Positions 9,969 to 20,342 are shown, counted from the first letter of the stretch. The stretch is 64,000 bases of DNA from an uncultured Arcobacter sp. (GCA_965140705.1 OZ223300.1:1856001-1920000), one strand, 5' to 3'. The notes: a model not told the origin generated them from the letters alone. A program made the numbers and translations.

Positions 9969-11474
9969 ATGAAAAAGATACTCTTATTACTTTTTATCCT
10001 TGCAAACTTTTTATTTGCTAGTATAGGACAAATAACAGCCTTAGTTGGTGATGTTAAAATCTCTAGGGATTCAAATACTATCTTAGCTAAACTTGGAGAG
10101 AAATTAGAAAAGAATGATGTTATAAATTCTTCTAAAGGTTCTAAAGCTCAAATTACCATGAATGATAATACTATTATTACCATTGGACAAAATTCTACTT
10201 TAAATATCTTTGATTATGTTTATGATGAGAGTAAACCAAAAGATTCTAAGGCTAGTTTTGGCTTTATGAAAGGCTCTTTTAAATCTATTACTGGGAAAAT
10301 TGGAAAGATAAACAAAGATAGATTTAAATTAAAAACTAAAAGTGCTTCTATCGGGATTAGAGGAACTACAATTATTGGAAATCAACAAATCATTATTTGT
10401 ACGGATGGAGCTATTAGTGTTACTGCTAATGGAGTAACTGTAGATGTGGGGAAACAAGAGTTAACTAGAATTTCACAAGGTGGTACTCCTACTCCTCCTG
10501 AACCTTTGAAGCAAGATACCTTAGACTCTTTAGAACAACAAGATAGTAATACTCCACCTCAAAATAATGATGGTAGGGGAGAACAAAACAATAATAAAAC
10601 TAATAGTACAAATTCTGCTAATGAAGCTTCAAATAATAATAACCAAGATGATGTTACTTCCTTTATAGAAAATGAAATAACAAAGGAAATAAATAAAAAA
10701 ACTAATAAAAATAAAGAGCATTCTACTTTTTCATCTAATTTTTCTACTTTAGGCTATGCAAATACAATAATTACAGATAGTAATAATGATAATACCTTTG
10801 TATCTTTTAAAAATGGAGAAATGGGTATAGAAAATTTTAATCCTAATATACATCCAGATCAGAGTGGAAATCAACCTACAATAGGTGACTCTTCTCAAAT
10901 AAATATTGACAACAAAAAAATTTTAAATTCAACATTAAATGGACAAAGTGGTATTCTTGCATTTGAAGATAATAGTTCAAACCCATATTTATCATGGGGA
11001 GAATGGAAAGGAACAGCCCAAAATAATGTTGAGTACACAGGTGGATGGATTGCAGGAATAAAAACTGCAAAAAATATTGTGGACAATGTAATTAATGGAA
11101 TAAATAGTACAATAAATTTTCAAGGTGATGTGATACATGGAAATATATATGATGGCACAAACTTACATGAAATTGACTATGGTACAGTAAATTTTGCATT
11201 TAACTTTGGTGGAGGAAGTGGCTCTTTTACAGGAGATATTAATTTATCATATAATCAACAAAATGGTACTTATAATATTCATATTGGAAATAATGGAATC
11301 GTAAACTCATCAGGTTTTTCTTCATCTGATTTAACTCATAATTCTAATAATATAACTGGAAATGTAAATGGTTCATTTTATGGAAGTGGAGAAATTAAAG
11401 CAATAGGTGGTAAATTTGACTTTAAAGATGGAGTAATAGAAGGAAGTGGTTTATTTAAAGCTGAACGACAATAA
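9969..11474 (+). CDS. Exported FecR-domain protein with low-complexity linker and TbpB-like C-terminal barrel
   Basis: Signal peptide; D.T.ITIG.NS.L and T.SA.IGIRGT FecR motifs; Pro/Asn-rich linker; GSFYG...IGGKF...GLFKAER end. Confidence 0.72.
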   Translation: MKKILLLLFILANFLFASIGQITALVGDVKISRDSNTILAKLGEKLEKNDVINSSKGSKAQITMNDNTIITIGQNSTLNIFDYVYDESKPKDSKASFGFMKGSFKSITGKIGKINKDRFKLKTKSASIGIRGTTIIGNQQIIICTDGAISVTANGVTVDVGKQELTRISQGGTPTPPEPLKQDTLDSLEQQDSNTPPQNNDGRGEQNNNKTNSTNSANEASNNNNQDDVTSFIENEITKEINKKTNKNKEHSTFSSNFSTLGYANTIITDSNNDNTFVSFKNGEMGIENFNPNIHPDQSGNQPTIGDSSQINIDNKKILNSTLNGQSGILAFEDNSSNPYLSWGEWKGTAQNNVEYTGGWIAGIKTAKNIVDNVINGINSTINFQGDVIHGNIYDGTNLHEIDYGTVNFAFNFGGGSGSFTGDINLSYNQQNGTYNIHIGNNGIVNSSGFSSSDLTHNSNNITGNVNGSFYGSGEIKAIGGKFDFKDGVIEGSGLFKAERQ

Positions 11475-11505
11475 AGTGGCTAAAGGTCAAAGACCATAGC
11501 CACTT
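11474..11505. terminator. Hairpin between convergent genes
   Basis: AAGTGGCTA..GGTC-AAA-GACC.TAGCCACTT inverted repeat. Confidence 0.5.
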
Positions 11506-11941
11506 CGTCACAAACTGGGAAATGTTTACATCGTATACAATCAGCCCAGATTTTGTGTTCTGGTATTTGATCTTTTTCTATTATTCTAAAACCACAGCTT
11601 TCAAAAAAACCTGCTTCGTAAGTCAAAGATAGAAGTTGTTCTAGACCGTAAAACTTAGCCTCTTTTATACAGGCATCAACTAATTGTTTTCCTAGTTTTA
11701 AACCTCTAAAATCTTTTGATACTATTAAACTTCGCACTTCTGCTAGTCTTATTGAGTGAATATGAGTTGCTACAAAACCTGCTAGTTTTCCATCAACTTC
11801 AACAACAGTATATGACCGTATTGTATTAGCCATTTCATCTTCTGTTCTAAGTAAGATAGTACCCTTCTCTACTTCACCTTTTACAAGGCTTTGCATAGGA
11901 ATAATATCTTTTGTTGTTGGTTTATAAAATCTAATTTCCAA
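11480..11941 (-). CDS. GNAT acetyltransferase, short ArgA-like (amino-acid N-acetyltransferase)
   Basis: LAEVRSL.V...RG..LG, LTY...FF, KIWADC..C..FP.CDE. Confidence 0.8.
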   Translation of the reverse strand: MEIRFYKPTTKDIIPMQSLVKGEVEKGTILLRTEDEMANTIRSYTVVEVDGKLAGFVATHIHSIRLAEVRSLIVSKDFRGLKLGKQLVDACIKEAKFYGLEQLLSLTYEAGFFESCGFRIIEKDQIPEHKIWADCIRCKHFPVCDEVAMVFDL

Positions 11942-12539
11942 ATAAATATCCTGTTATTTTATTTTGGAGGTCACTTATACCTCTTTTTTTGAGATTTGAT
12001 ATAAAAATACCCTCAGGGTACTCTCTTTTTAATTTTGCCAAATCATTTTGTTTTAGCTTATCTGTTTTTGTAAAAGCATGAACGATAAGTTGATCACCTC
12101 TTTTTATTTTTTCTAAAAACTCATCAACGTTTTTGTCTATTTCAAGTTCTGGATGCCTAGCATCAATTAGGTGAATAAACATCTGTAAATTTGGTCTTTG
12201 TTCCAAATAATTTGTCAAATTTTTATTCCACTCTGCTTTTAAACTCTTAGAAACTTTAGCATAACCAAATCCTGGTAAATCTACAAATCTAGCAAATAAA
12301 TCAGGTGGCATACCATTTTCTTCATCTGTTTTAAACTTTATATTAAAATAGTTTATAAGTTGAGTCTTTCCAGGTGTAGAAGATGATTTTGCTAGACCTT
12401 TTCTATTTGTAAGAGTATTTAATAATGAACTCTTACCCACATTACTACGTCCTAAAAATGCTATTTCAGCTACATCTGGACCTGGTGAGTCACTTATACT
12501 TTGTGCTGATTGCATAAATGAAGCATCTACTATTCTCAT
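11931..12539 (-). CDS. engB: Ribosome biogenesis GTPase YihA/EngB
   Basis: GRSNVGKSS, DLPGFGYA, TKTD motifs. Confidence 0.96.
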   Translation of the reverse strand: MRIVDASFMQSAQSISDSPGPDVAEIAFLGRSNVGKSSLLNTLTNRKGLAKSSSTPGKTQLINYFNIKFKTDEENGMPPDLFARFVDLPGFGYAKVSKSLKAEWNKNLTNYLEQRPNLQMFIHLIDARHPELEIDKNVDEFLEKIKRGDQLIVHAFTKTDKLKQNDLAKLKREYPEGIFISNLKKRGISDLQNKITGYLFGN

Positions 12540-13072
12540 TGTTTTGTCTCAACTTTGTCTGTTTTTTCCACAGTAGGTGCAACTTTGTTATCCTCTTTTT
12601 TCTTTGTGTCACCTAAATCAATTATAAATCTAACTGGCTTATTTTCACTTCCTGTAACTTTTGCTTCACCTGTAATTTGATTAATTACAATCTTATCACC
12701 AAAAAGCCTTTTATCTTCTGTTACTTCTTTTAAAAATCCGTTTCCAGTAATGACATATTTTAATTTCTTAGGTTCATAAACAACTTTATCACCCTTACCT
12801 TCATAAGATTTACCAGCTGTTTTAACTTTAAATTTCACATTACCAGTTGCAATGTATTTTAAAGGTTCTCTTTTAGTATTAGGCTTTTTTTTACTTAAAT
12901 ATACTTCTAATCTATCAGATTCTAACTCATCACTTGATTTTACCATTTTTACATCACCTGTAAAAATAGATAAGCCTTTTTCATCATAGGCTTCAAAATT
13001 TTTTGCATCTATAATTAACTTTTCTGAAAATAAAAAACTAACCAAAAACCCCAATATTAAAAAAAATCTCAT
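12536..13072 (-). CDS. lptA: LPS transport periplasmic protein LptA
   Basis: Signal peptide; FTGDV, ATGNV, L.G..I OstA-like motifs; next to lptC and kdsC. Confidence 0.88.
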   Translation of the reverse strand: MRFFLILGFLVSFLFSEKLIIDAKNFEAYDEKGLSIFTGDVKMVKSSDELESDRLEVYLSKKKPNTKREPLKYIATGNVKFKVKTAGKSYEGKGDKVVYEPKKLKYVITGNGFLKEVTEDKRLFGDKIVINQITGEAKVTGSENKPVRFIIDLGDTKKKEDNKVAPTVEKTDKVETKQ

Positions 13073-13599
13073 TTATTACCTTTGTTACTATTTAATAAAA
13101 CTTCAAAGTGTGTATCTTTCGCTTTAAAAATTTGTTTATTTGTATCATAATATAAAGCTTTTCCCTTTATAGTACTATCATTGTATATACCATCAAATGC
13201 TATTGTATTTGTGGCTATTTTTTTAATTCCATCATAAAACATTTCATCTGTATTTAAAAGGATATTATTCTCTCTATTATATTTTACATCATTTAAGAAT
13301 TTATATTGTTCAAGTCTTTTAATAATAATATCAGCTTGAATATAATCTGTTCCATTATCAGTTCTTCTTAATATAATCTTTCCATCATACATAACATCTT
13401 TTGCTTTGTATTTCATTGCTCTTGTTGAGTTTACAATTCTTTCTAAATTGTCTTCATTAAAAGTGTACAAAGTAGAATTTTCAAAGACAATTTGAGGCTT
13501 TTCTTCCCTATTTTTATCTTTTTCTCTAGGTACAATCGCAATTATAGTTGATATAATAGAAAGTACTAATAAAATATATGTAAAATATCTTATCGCCAT
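13069..13599 (-). CDS. lptC: LPS export protein LptC
   Basis: N-terminal anchor, beta-rich domain; position between kdsC and lptA. Confidence 0.75.
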   Translation of the reverse strand: MAIRYFTYILLVLSIISTIIAIVPREKDKNREEKPQIVFENSTLYTFNEDNLERIVNSTRAMKYKAKDVMYDGKIILRRTDNGTDYIQADIIIKRLEQYKFLNDVKYNRENNILLNTDEMFYDGIKKIATNTIAFDGIYNDSTIKGKALYYDTNKQIFKAKDTHFEVLLNSNKGNK

Positions 13600-14087
13600 A
13601 AGTTTAAAAATTCCTCTTCTAAACCATCTTCTTTAAAGATGTATTCCATCATTTCCCTAACAGCACCTTCACCACCTCTATTTTTACAAACAACATTAAC
13701 TATCTCTTTTATGTATTTTGAACCATTTTGTGGAGTAAAAGATAGTCCTGCTTTTTTCAGCATCTTATAATCATTTAAATCATCACCAATAGCAGCTACT
13801 TCACTCCAAGAAATGTTCTCTTTTTTTAAGATTTCTTCCAAAACTTCATCTTTATTGTGTACACCTTGGTGAAGATGTTCTATATTCAAATCTTTTGCTC
13901 TTTTTTCTACTAAAGAAGATTTTCTTCCAGTTATAATAGCTGCTTTTTTACCAAATTTTTTTGTCCAAGCAGCAATTGCTAAACCATCAGCCACATCAAA
14001 AGATTTTATTTCATCACCAGTATTTGTATAAATAATTTTTCCATCAGTTAATGTTCCATCAACATCAAGAACAATTAACTTAATCAT
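13590..14087 (-). CDS. kdsC: KDO 8-phosphate phosphatase
   Basis: DVDGTLTDG, GDDLND, GG.GAVRE. Confidence 0.93.
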   Translation of the reverse strand: MIKLIVLDVDGTLTDGKIIYTNTGDEIKSFDVADGLAIAAWTKKFGKKAAIITGRKSSLVEKRAKDLNIEHLHQGVHNKDEVLEEILKKENISWSEVAAIGDDLNDYKMLKKAGLSFTPQNGSKYIKEIVNVVCKNRGGEGAVREMMEYIFKEDGLEEEFLNLWR

Positions 14088-14656
14088 AAAATCCCTTTAG
14101 TACTTGGGATTCCCAATCTTTCATTTTTGGCTAAAGCTCTTCTTAAAGCTACAGCAAAGGCTTTAAATGATGCTTCTAATATATGATGCTTATTTCTTCC
14201 TCTTTCATTTATAATATGAGTAGTTAACCCTGCATTCATAACAAGTGCATGGAAAAATTCCTCAGCAAGTTCAACATCAAACTCCCCTACTTTTCCACTA
14301 ATATTCACTTCATATACTAAATATGGTCTATTTGATAAATCTAAAGCACAAGTAGTAGAAGCTTCATCCATAACTACAGTTGCATTACCATATCTTTCAA
14401 CTGCTTTAATTGGGAAAATTTCATCTTTTAATGCTTTTCCTAATACTATTCCACAATCTTCAACAGTATGGTGTGCATCAATATGTAAATCACCTTTACA
14501 TGTTAATTCTATATCTATTCCACTATGTTTTGAAAGAGCCTCTAACATATGGTCAAAAAATCCAACACCTGTATTTATAGTTGATTTACCACATCCATTA
14601 ATATCAATCTTACAATATATATCTGTCTCTTTTGTTTTTCTATTAAATTCAGCCAT
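14084..14656 (-). CDS. hisB: Imidazoleglycerol-phosphate dehydratase
   Basis: FFDHML, D.HHTVED, N.HH..E, PSTKG. Confidence 0.97.
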   Translation of the reverse strand: MAEFNRKTKETDIYCKIDINGCGKSTINTGVGFFDHMLEALSKHSGIDIELTCKGDLHIDAHHTVEDCGIVLGKALKDEIFPIKAVERYGNATVVMDEASTTCALDLSNRPYLVYEVNISGKVGEFDVELAEEFFHALVMNAGLTTHIINERGRNKHHILEASFKAFAVALRRALAKNERLGIPSTKGIL

Positions 14657-14667
14657 ATTATTTCCTA

Positions 14668-15483
14668 TTACTCTGCAATTATCATTGTTCCAGGTAGAGA
14701 GTGTTTCTCTTTGAAATCTTTTACTTCTTCTTCTGACCTAAAGCCACTAATCCAAACTCTATTAATCTCTTTGTTATTGAAAATACCTTTTTTAATTATA
14801 ACATCATATTCATCATCTAACATCAATTTAAATTTATGTTGGGTTATTTTAGCTCCTGAATATTTACTAAAAGCTCCGACTTGTAAGTAATATTTACCTA
14901 CACTTGCAACTTCTTCTTTTTCTGCTTTAGTTTTAGCAATCTTACCATGAAATCCAATAACAGTAATTTTAACTTTTGCAGTCCCTTTAGCAACCATATC
15001 TATATCACGTGCAGCTTTATTTGATAAGTCTATTATTCTTGTACCTACAAAAGGTCCTCTATCATTTACTCTTACAATAGTTGATTTTCCATTTTCTAGG
15101 TTTTCAACTTTTAACATTGTATTCATAGGTAAAGTTTTATGTGCAGCTGTTGCCTTATACATATTATAAATTTCACCATTTGAAGTAGGTTTTGCATGAA
15201 AATTTGGTCCATACCATGAAGAAATACCAGTTTGAGTATCTCCAATTTTTGCAACAGTTGGATAATACCATTTACCAAATACTTGATAAGGTCTCATAGT
15301 AGCTCTATGCATAGCTTCTGAATTTTTCATTTTTTGCTCAGGAACTTTTATACTACTTCTATCTTTTTTAAATATATTAAAATTACTATAATTATAAGAA
15401 GAAGATGAAAAACAACCAGTAAAAAGAATCGTAATTAAAAATGTAATAAATAGTTTAAGTAAATTATCTATACGTAATAACAA
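14668..15483 (-). CDS. rlpA: Septal ring lytic transglycosylase RlpA with SPOR domain
   Basis: Lipobox FTGC; SWYG, TAAHKTLP, VNDRGPF, RIIDLS; YLQVGAF. Confidence 0.93.
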   Translation of the reverse strand: MLLRIDNLLKLFITFLITILFTGCFSSSSYNYSNFNIFKKDRSSIKVPEQKMKNSEAMHRATMRPYQVFGKWYYPTVAKIGDTQTGISSWYGPNFHAKPTSNGEIYNMYKATAAHKTLPMNTMLKVENLENGKSTIVRVNDRGPFVGTRIIDLSNKAARDIDMVAKGTAKVKITVIGFHGKIAKTKAEKEEVASVGKYYLQVGAFSKYSGAKITQHKFKLMLDDEYDVIIKKGIFNNKEINRVWISGFRSEEEVKDFKEKHSLPGTMIIAE

Positions 15484-16840
15484 GCTTATCTCCTCTTTTT
15501 ATAAAACTATTTTTCAAGTTATTATCAGCCATCAATTTACTTAGTTCTACTCTAAACATTTTTGCTATTGATAATAAAGTATCTCCATTTTTAACATAAT
15601 AATCTTTTGTTTTTAATTCTGTTCCTTCTACAAAAGGAATAACTAATTTTTGTTTTAATGCTAATCTATTACTTTTTAGTTTATTAAAACTCTTAATAAC
15701 TTTATAAGAAATTCCATACTTTCTACCAATATCATAAAGATTATCCCCTTTTTTTACAATATGAATTTGATATTTAGTAGGTTCAATATTCATTTTATTT
15801 TGATTAAATATTGATAGTCTACTATATGGAATATATATTTGATAATCTTTTTTATAAGTAGGAATAATATTTCTAATAAGTTGTTTATTTAACATCTTTA
15901 AATCTCTATAATCCATTCCAATGGCTTTTGCAATATTTTTTAAATGCAATCCACCTTTTACTCTAACAGTTGCAATTGGTGAGGTTACTCCAATATTTCT
16001 TATATGAGAATGGTCATTTTCAGTTACAAAACTTTGATTATTCATCATAGCAAGAGAGATTATTTTTCTTATATAGTTTCTACTCTCTTCAGGTAAATAC
16101 TGTCTTCTAACATCTTTTTGTTCCATTAATAATTCATAAATATCTGGTTTTACATCCCAAGTTAAGACTTCTTTATAGATTTTATTTAATTCGCCAAATC
16201 TAACTCTTTTTTGTTGATATAAAGTAATAGTATGTCTATATTTCTTTATCTCTTTTGATTTATCATTTTTTTTACCATTTTCATCTTCATATAAATCAAG
16301 CGTTGCTCTTGTAATTGCTTCAATAACTCTTCCCTGTCCACAATTATAAGCAACAGCTGCTAGATACCATTTACCAAATTCATTATGTAGATATTTTAAA
16401 TATTTAGCAGCTGCATATGTAGATTTAACGATATCCATTCGCTCATCAACATAAATATCATTTTTAAGTCCAAGATTTCTACCAGTTGCTGGCATAAACT
16501 GCCACATACCTGTAGCTCTAGCTCTTGATTTAGCATCTAAAGTAAAGCTTGATTCTGCCATTGCAAGATATAAAAAAGTCTCAGGTAAGCCCTCTTCTCT
16601 AAGTATCTCTTTTACTTTTGGAACAAATAATGAAGCTCTATTAAATCTTTTTACATATTTATCTTGAATATTTTGTAAATATCTATTATATGTTTTTTGT
16701 AGCTTATAATCAGTAATGTAAGCGGGGTCAATGTCTAGTTCTTTTAAAATCTGTAAATCCCGCTGTGAGAAGTTACTTCCTATTAACGATGCATTTGCAC
16801 TCAAAAAAAGAGTTATGGTTATCAGAAAAATTTTAAGCAA
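15464..16840 (-). CDS. mltD: MltD-like lytic transglycosylase with LysM domains
   Basis: AES, GMWQFM, AYN.G motifs; two C-terminal LysM repeats. Confidence 0.88.
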   Translation of the reverse strand: MLKIFLITITLFLSANASLIGSNFSQRDLQILKELDIDPAYITDYKLQKTYNRYLQNIQDKYVKRFNRASLFVPKVKEILREEGLPETFLYLAMAESSFTLDAKSRARATGMWQFMPATGRNLGLKNDIYVDERMDIVKSTYAAAKYLKYLHNEFGKWYLAAVAYNCGQGRVIEAITRATLDLYEDENGKKNDKSKEIKKYRHTITLYQQKRVRFGELNKIYKEVLTWDVKPDIYELLMEQKDVRRQYLPEESRNYIRKIISLAMMNNQSFVTENDHSHIRNIGVTSPIATVRVKGGLHLKNIAKAIGMDYRDLKMLNKQLIRNIIPTYKKDYQIYIPYSRLSIFNQNKMNIEPTKYQIHIVKKGDNLYDIGRKYGISYKVIKSFNKLKSNRLALKQKLVIPFVEGTELKTKDYYVKNGDTLLSIAKMFRVELSKLMADNNLKNSFIKRGDKLVITYR

Positions 16841-16877
16841 TTATCAATCCTATTTATGTAAATAGTTGAGATTTTAT

Positions 16878-17666
16878 CTAAATTATGCTAGAAAACTCTT
16901 TAAATAGTTTTTTTGCGTTATTTGTAGTCAAATTTTGAACTTCTTCATCGCTAATATTTAAGAGTTCTGCTATCTTTTCAGATACAAATTTTGTATAAAA
17001 AGGCTCATTTCTTTTTCCCCTATGAGGATGAGGAGTCAAATATGGAGCATCTGTTTCTATTAGTAGTTTTTCTAAAGGAATTTTTGGTAAAACTTCAACT
17101 AATTTTTTTGCATTTTTAAAAGTTAAAACTCCACCTATTCCAAAATAAAAACCATGTTCACTTAAACTTAATAAATGTTCACTTGCATTATAACAATGTA
17201 AAACTCCACCAACTTCTCGTGCACCATATTTTTCTAAAATAGTTTTAGAATCATCAGAGGCTTCCCTAACATGTACAATAAGAGGTTTTTTTACTTTTTT
17301 AGCAAATTCTATTTGAGAAATAAATACTTCTTTTTGTAGTTGCTTTTCTTGTAATTTCTCATCTTCATCTTCAGGCAATCTATAGTAATCCAATCCACAC
17401 TCACCAACAGCAATACATTTTGGATGATTTATATACTCTTTCATTATATTTTCATCATATGAAGGAGCATCATAAGGGTGAATTCCAACTGCAAAATAGA
17501 CTTCTTTATATTTTTCAGCTAATTTTATTGATTGAGGTAAATCTTTAAAATCAGCACCAGGAATTAAAAATCCCTTTATCCCATTTTCTAATGCAGTTTC
17601 TATTACGGTATCTATATCTTCGTAGTATTGTTCGTTATCTAAATGACAATGTGTATCTATAATTAT
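16878..17666 (-). CDS. tatD: TatD-family hydrolase; extends 74 codons upstream of the supplied ORF, apparent ATA start
   Basis: Open frame reads IIDTHCHLD...GIHP...GECGLDY...HVRE...HC...ETDAPY; in-frame TAA at 17681-17679 and no ATG/GTG/TTG before DTHCH. Confidence 0.9.
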   Translation of the reverse strand: MIIDTHCHLDNEQYYEDIDTVIETALENGIKGFLIPGADFKDLPQSIKLAEKYKEVYFAVGIHPYDAPSYDENIMKEYINHPKCIAVGECGLDYYRLPEDEDEKLQEKQLQKEVFISQIEFAKKVKKPLIVHVREASDDSKTILEKYGAREVGGVLHCYNASEHLLSLSEHGFYFGIGGVLTFKNAKKLVEVLPKIPLEKLLIETDAPYLTPHPHRGKRNEPFYTKFVSEKIAELLNISDEEVQNLTTNNAKKLFKEFSSII

Positions 17667-17965
17667 GACAAAAACCTTTTATTTAGAACTGCAATTAGTT
17701 CATTTATTTTAGACAAATCTTCATGTTTTATCCAAGCGTCAATACCAAAGTTTTTAAATGCATCATAATCATCTTGATCATCAAGAATAGCAATAGAAAC
17801 ATATTTAGCTTTACAAGAGGCTGCTTTATTTTCTTCAAAATCAAATATTGAATTAATATCTATAATTGCAATATCTGCTTCACCTGATGTTTCTTCATAA
17901 CTCTCTACTGTAAAACTAGAGTCCAATAGTTTCTCATCAATATTGCAAAATGTTACTATTTTCAT
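17663..17965 (-). CDS. Hypothetical 100-aa protein, possibly degenerate receiver-like fold
   Basis: AAGGCGG RBS; DIAIID and GIDAWIK segments resemble receiver beta3 and beta5. Confidence 0.6.
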   Translation of the reverse strand: MKIVTFCNIDEKLLDSSFTVESYEETSGEADIAIIDINSIFDFEENKAASCKAKYVSIAILDDQDDYDAFKNFGIDAWIKHEDLSKINELIAVLNKRFLS

Positions 17966-18021
17966 GGTTCCGCCTTTTAAAATTACTTATTTAACTTATT
18001 TTAGCCAAAAAAAAATAAAAA

Positions 18022-19350
18022 CTACAATATATATCTTGCAGTATCTTCATCTTTAACTATATCCGATAATTTCTCTTCTACTAATTTTTTAGTAATGACA
18101 ATAGTTTCTCCGCTTTTTTCATCTGCATTAAAACTTATATCTTCTAAAACTTTCTCAATAACAGTATGTAATCTTCTAGCTCCAATATCTTCAGCTTTTT
18201 GATTTGCTTCAACTGAAAGATGAGCAAATGAATGAATAGCTTCATCATCAAACTCTAAAGTTACACCTTCAACATTTAACAAAGCTTGGTATTGTTTCAA
18301 TAATGAATTTTTTGTATTAGTTAATATTTTATATAAAGCCTCTTCATCTAAGGCATTTAATTCAACTCTTAAAGGAAATCTTCCTTGTAATTCAGGTAAT
18401 AAATCACTTGGTTTACTAACATGAAATGCCCCAGCTGCTATAAATAAAATATGATCAGTTTTTACTTGTCCATACTTTGTTTGAACACTACTTCCTTCAA
18501 CGATAGGAAGTAAATCTCTTTGTACACCCTCTTTACTTGGGTCTTGATTTTGATTATTTTTACCAGAAGCTATTTTATCTATTTCATCAATAAAAATTAT
18601 TCCACCATTTTCAACTCTTCTAAGTGCTTCATGTTTTATTGATTCATGATCAATTAACTTTTCACTTGCTCCACTTCTTAAAAGTTTTCTAGCATCTTTT
18701 ATTTTTACTTCTTTTTTTATCTTATCTTTATTTAAAGAACCTAACATATTACTTAAACTCTCTTGCATAGATGTCATATCAAGAGGCAAAGAAGAATCAA
18801 TTACTTCTACATGGGCTTTTTTAGGAAGTTCTATCTCGATTATTTTATCTTCAAGTTCACCTTTTAATAACTTCTCTTCCATTTTATTAAATGTTTTGAT
18901 AAAAGACTCTTTTGAACTTTCACTTGCACCCTCAGGTAAAGGTGGAACAAGTTTTTCTATTATTTGTTTATTTACTTCTTGGTCAATACCATCTTGTATT
19001 TTTTCTTCATACTCTTTTGTTACTAAATCCATTGAAGCAAAAACTAAATCTCTAATCATAGATTCAACATCTCGACCTACAAAACCTACTTCTGTATATT
19101 TACTAGCTTCAACTTTCACAAAAGGAAGACTCATCATTTTTGCTAATCTTCTTGCAATCTCTGTTTTACCAACACCAGTGCTTCCTATCATAAGGATATT
19201 TTTTGGCATGATTTCTTCTTGAATTTCTGGTTCTAATTGCATTCTTCTATATCTATTTCGAAGTGCCAACGCTATTGTTTTTTTAGCATCATTTTGACCA
19301 ATTACATAATCATCTAAAAATTTTACAATCTCTTTAGGAGTCATATTCAT
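18022..19350 (-). CDS. hslU: ATP-dependent protease ATPase subunit HslU
   Basis: GSTGVGKT, GFVG, DEIDK, GVQRDLLP, IGARRL. Confidence 0.98.
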   Translation of the reverse strand: MNMTPKEIVKFLDDYVIGQNDAKKTIALALRNRYRRMQLEPEIQEEIMPKNILMIGSTGVGKTEIARRLAKMMSLPFVKVEASKYTEVGFVGRDVESMIRDLVFASMDLVTKEYEEKIQDGIDQEVNKQIIEKLVPPLPEGASESSKESFIKTFNKMEEKLLKGELEDKIIEIELPKKAHVEVIDSSLPLDMTSMQESLSNMLGSLNKDKIKKEVKIKDARKLLRSGASEKLIDHESIKHEALRRVENGGIIFIDEIDKIASGKNNQNQDPSKEGVQRDLLPIVEGSSVQTKYGQVKTDHILFIAAGAFHVSKPSDLLPELQGRFPLRVELNALDEEALYKILTNTKNSLLKQYQALLNVEGVTLEFDDEAIHSFAHLSVEANQKAEDIGARRLHTVIEKVLEDISFNADEKSGETIVITKKLVEEKLSDIVKDEDTARYIL

Positions 19351-19355
19351 TTAAA

Positions 19356-19892
19356 TTAATCCTCTATTTTTAATAATTTTATATTTTGGTTTGTATAAAT
19401 ACAAAGTTCACCTGCAATCATTAGTGATTCTTTCACTAAATCTTCAGGATCTAAATTTGAATGCTTTTGTAAAGCTCGTGCAGCAGAAATAGCAAAATTA
19501 CCACCACTACCAATAGAGGCTATCATTCCATCTTCTGGTTCAACAACATCACCAGTTCCAGATAATATAAATATATGTTCTTTATTTAAAACTATCATCA
19601 TAGCTTCAAGCCGTCTTAAAACTTTATCTTTTCTCCACTCTTTTGAAAAAGCAATTACTGCTTTTAATAAATCACCTTTAGTATTTTCTAAATGTGTTTC
19701 AAACATGTCAAAAAGATTAAAGGCATCTGCAGTACTTCCAGCAAAACCAGCTAAGATTTTATCCTTATAAAGTGTTCTAATTTTTGTGGCATTACCTTTT
19801 AAAACCGTATTTCCAAAGGTAACTTGACCATCTCCACCAATAACTGCTTTATCTTTTGCCTTATAGGCTAATATCGTAGTAGCATCAAACAT
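19356..19892 (-). CDS. hslV: ATP-dependent protease subunit HslV
   Basis: TTIL, GDGQVT, GSGG, CIYTN. Confidence 0.98.
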   Translation of the reverse strand: MFDATTILAYKAKDKAVIGGDGQVTFGNTVLKGNATKIRTLYKDKILAGFAGSTADAFNLFDMFETHLENTKGDLLKAVIAFSKEWRKDKVLRRLEAMMIVLNKEHIFILSGTGDVVEPEDGMIASIGSGGNFAISAARALQKHSNLDPEDLVKESLMIAGELCIYTNQNIKLLKIED

Positions 19893-19895
19893 TGT

Positions 19896-20342
19896 TTACT
19901 CTGCAATTACATCAAATTTAACTGTTCCATGTATCCCATGACCTAGTTTACAATCTGCTTCAAAGATACCTTCTGTTTTTACTTTTGAGTTTAATGTTAT
20001 ATTTTTTTTATCTAAATCAATATTTGCTTGTTCTTTTAATATTTCAGCAACCTCTTTATTTGTAACAGAACCAATTAAATGTCCATTGGCTCCAATTTTA
20101 TGTTTAATAATAAATTTTTGAGAATCAAGTATTTTTGCAGTCTCTTTTGCAGTTTCTATTTCTTCCGCTTCTTTTTGGGCATCTCTTCTCATTTGAGCTT
20201 TGTGTTTATTTAAAACTTCATTTGTCGCAAGTAGTGCTAAACCTTTTCCAATTAAAAAATTTTTTCCATATCCATCAGAAACTTCTTTTACTTCACCAGC
20301 TTTACCAGTACCTTTTACATCTTTTATTAATAATACTTTCAT
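19896..20342 (-). CDS. rplI: 50S ribosomal protein L9
   Basis: MKVLL.KDV...GKAGEV.EV.DGYG.NFL, GSVT. Confidence 0.97.
   Translation of the reverse strand: MKVLLIKDVKGTGKAGEVKEVSDGYGKNFLIGKGLALLATNEVLNKHKAQMRRDAQKEAEEIETAKETAKILDSQKFIIKHKIGANGHLIGSVTNKEVAEILKEQANIDLDKKNITLNSKVKTEGIFEADCKLGHGIHGTVKFDVIAE

Noticed and set aside
10490..10720. Asn/Gln/Pro-rich low-complexity DNA as tandem repeat
   Set aside because: No regular repeat unit; protein linker
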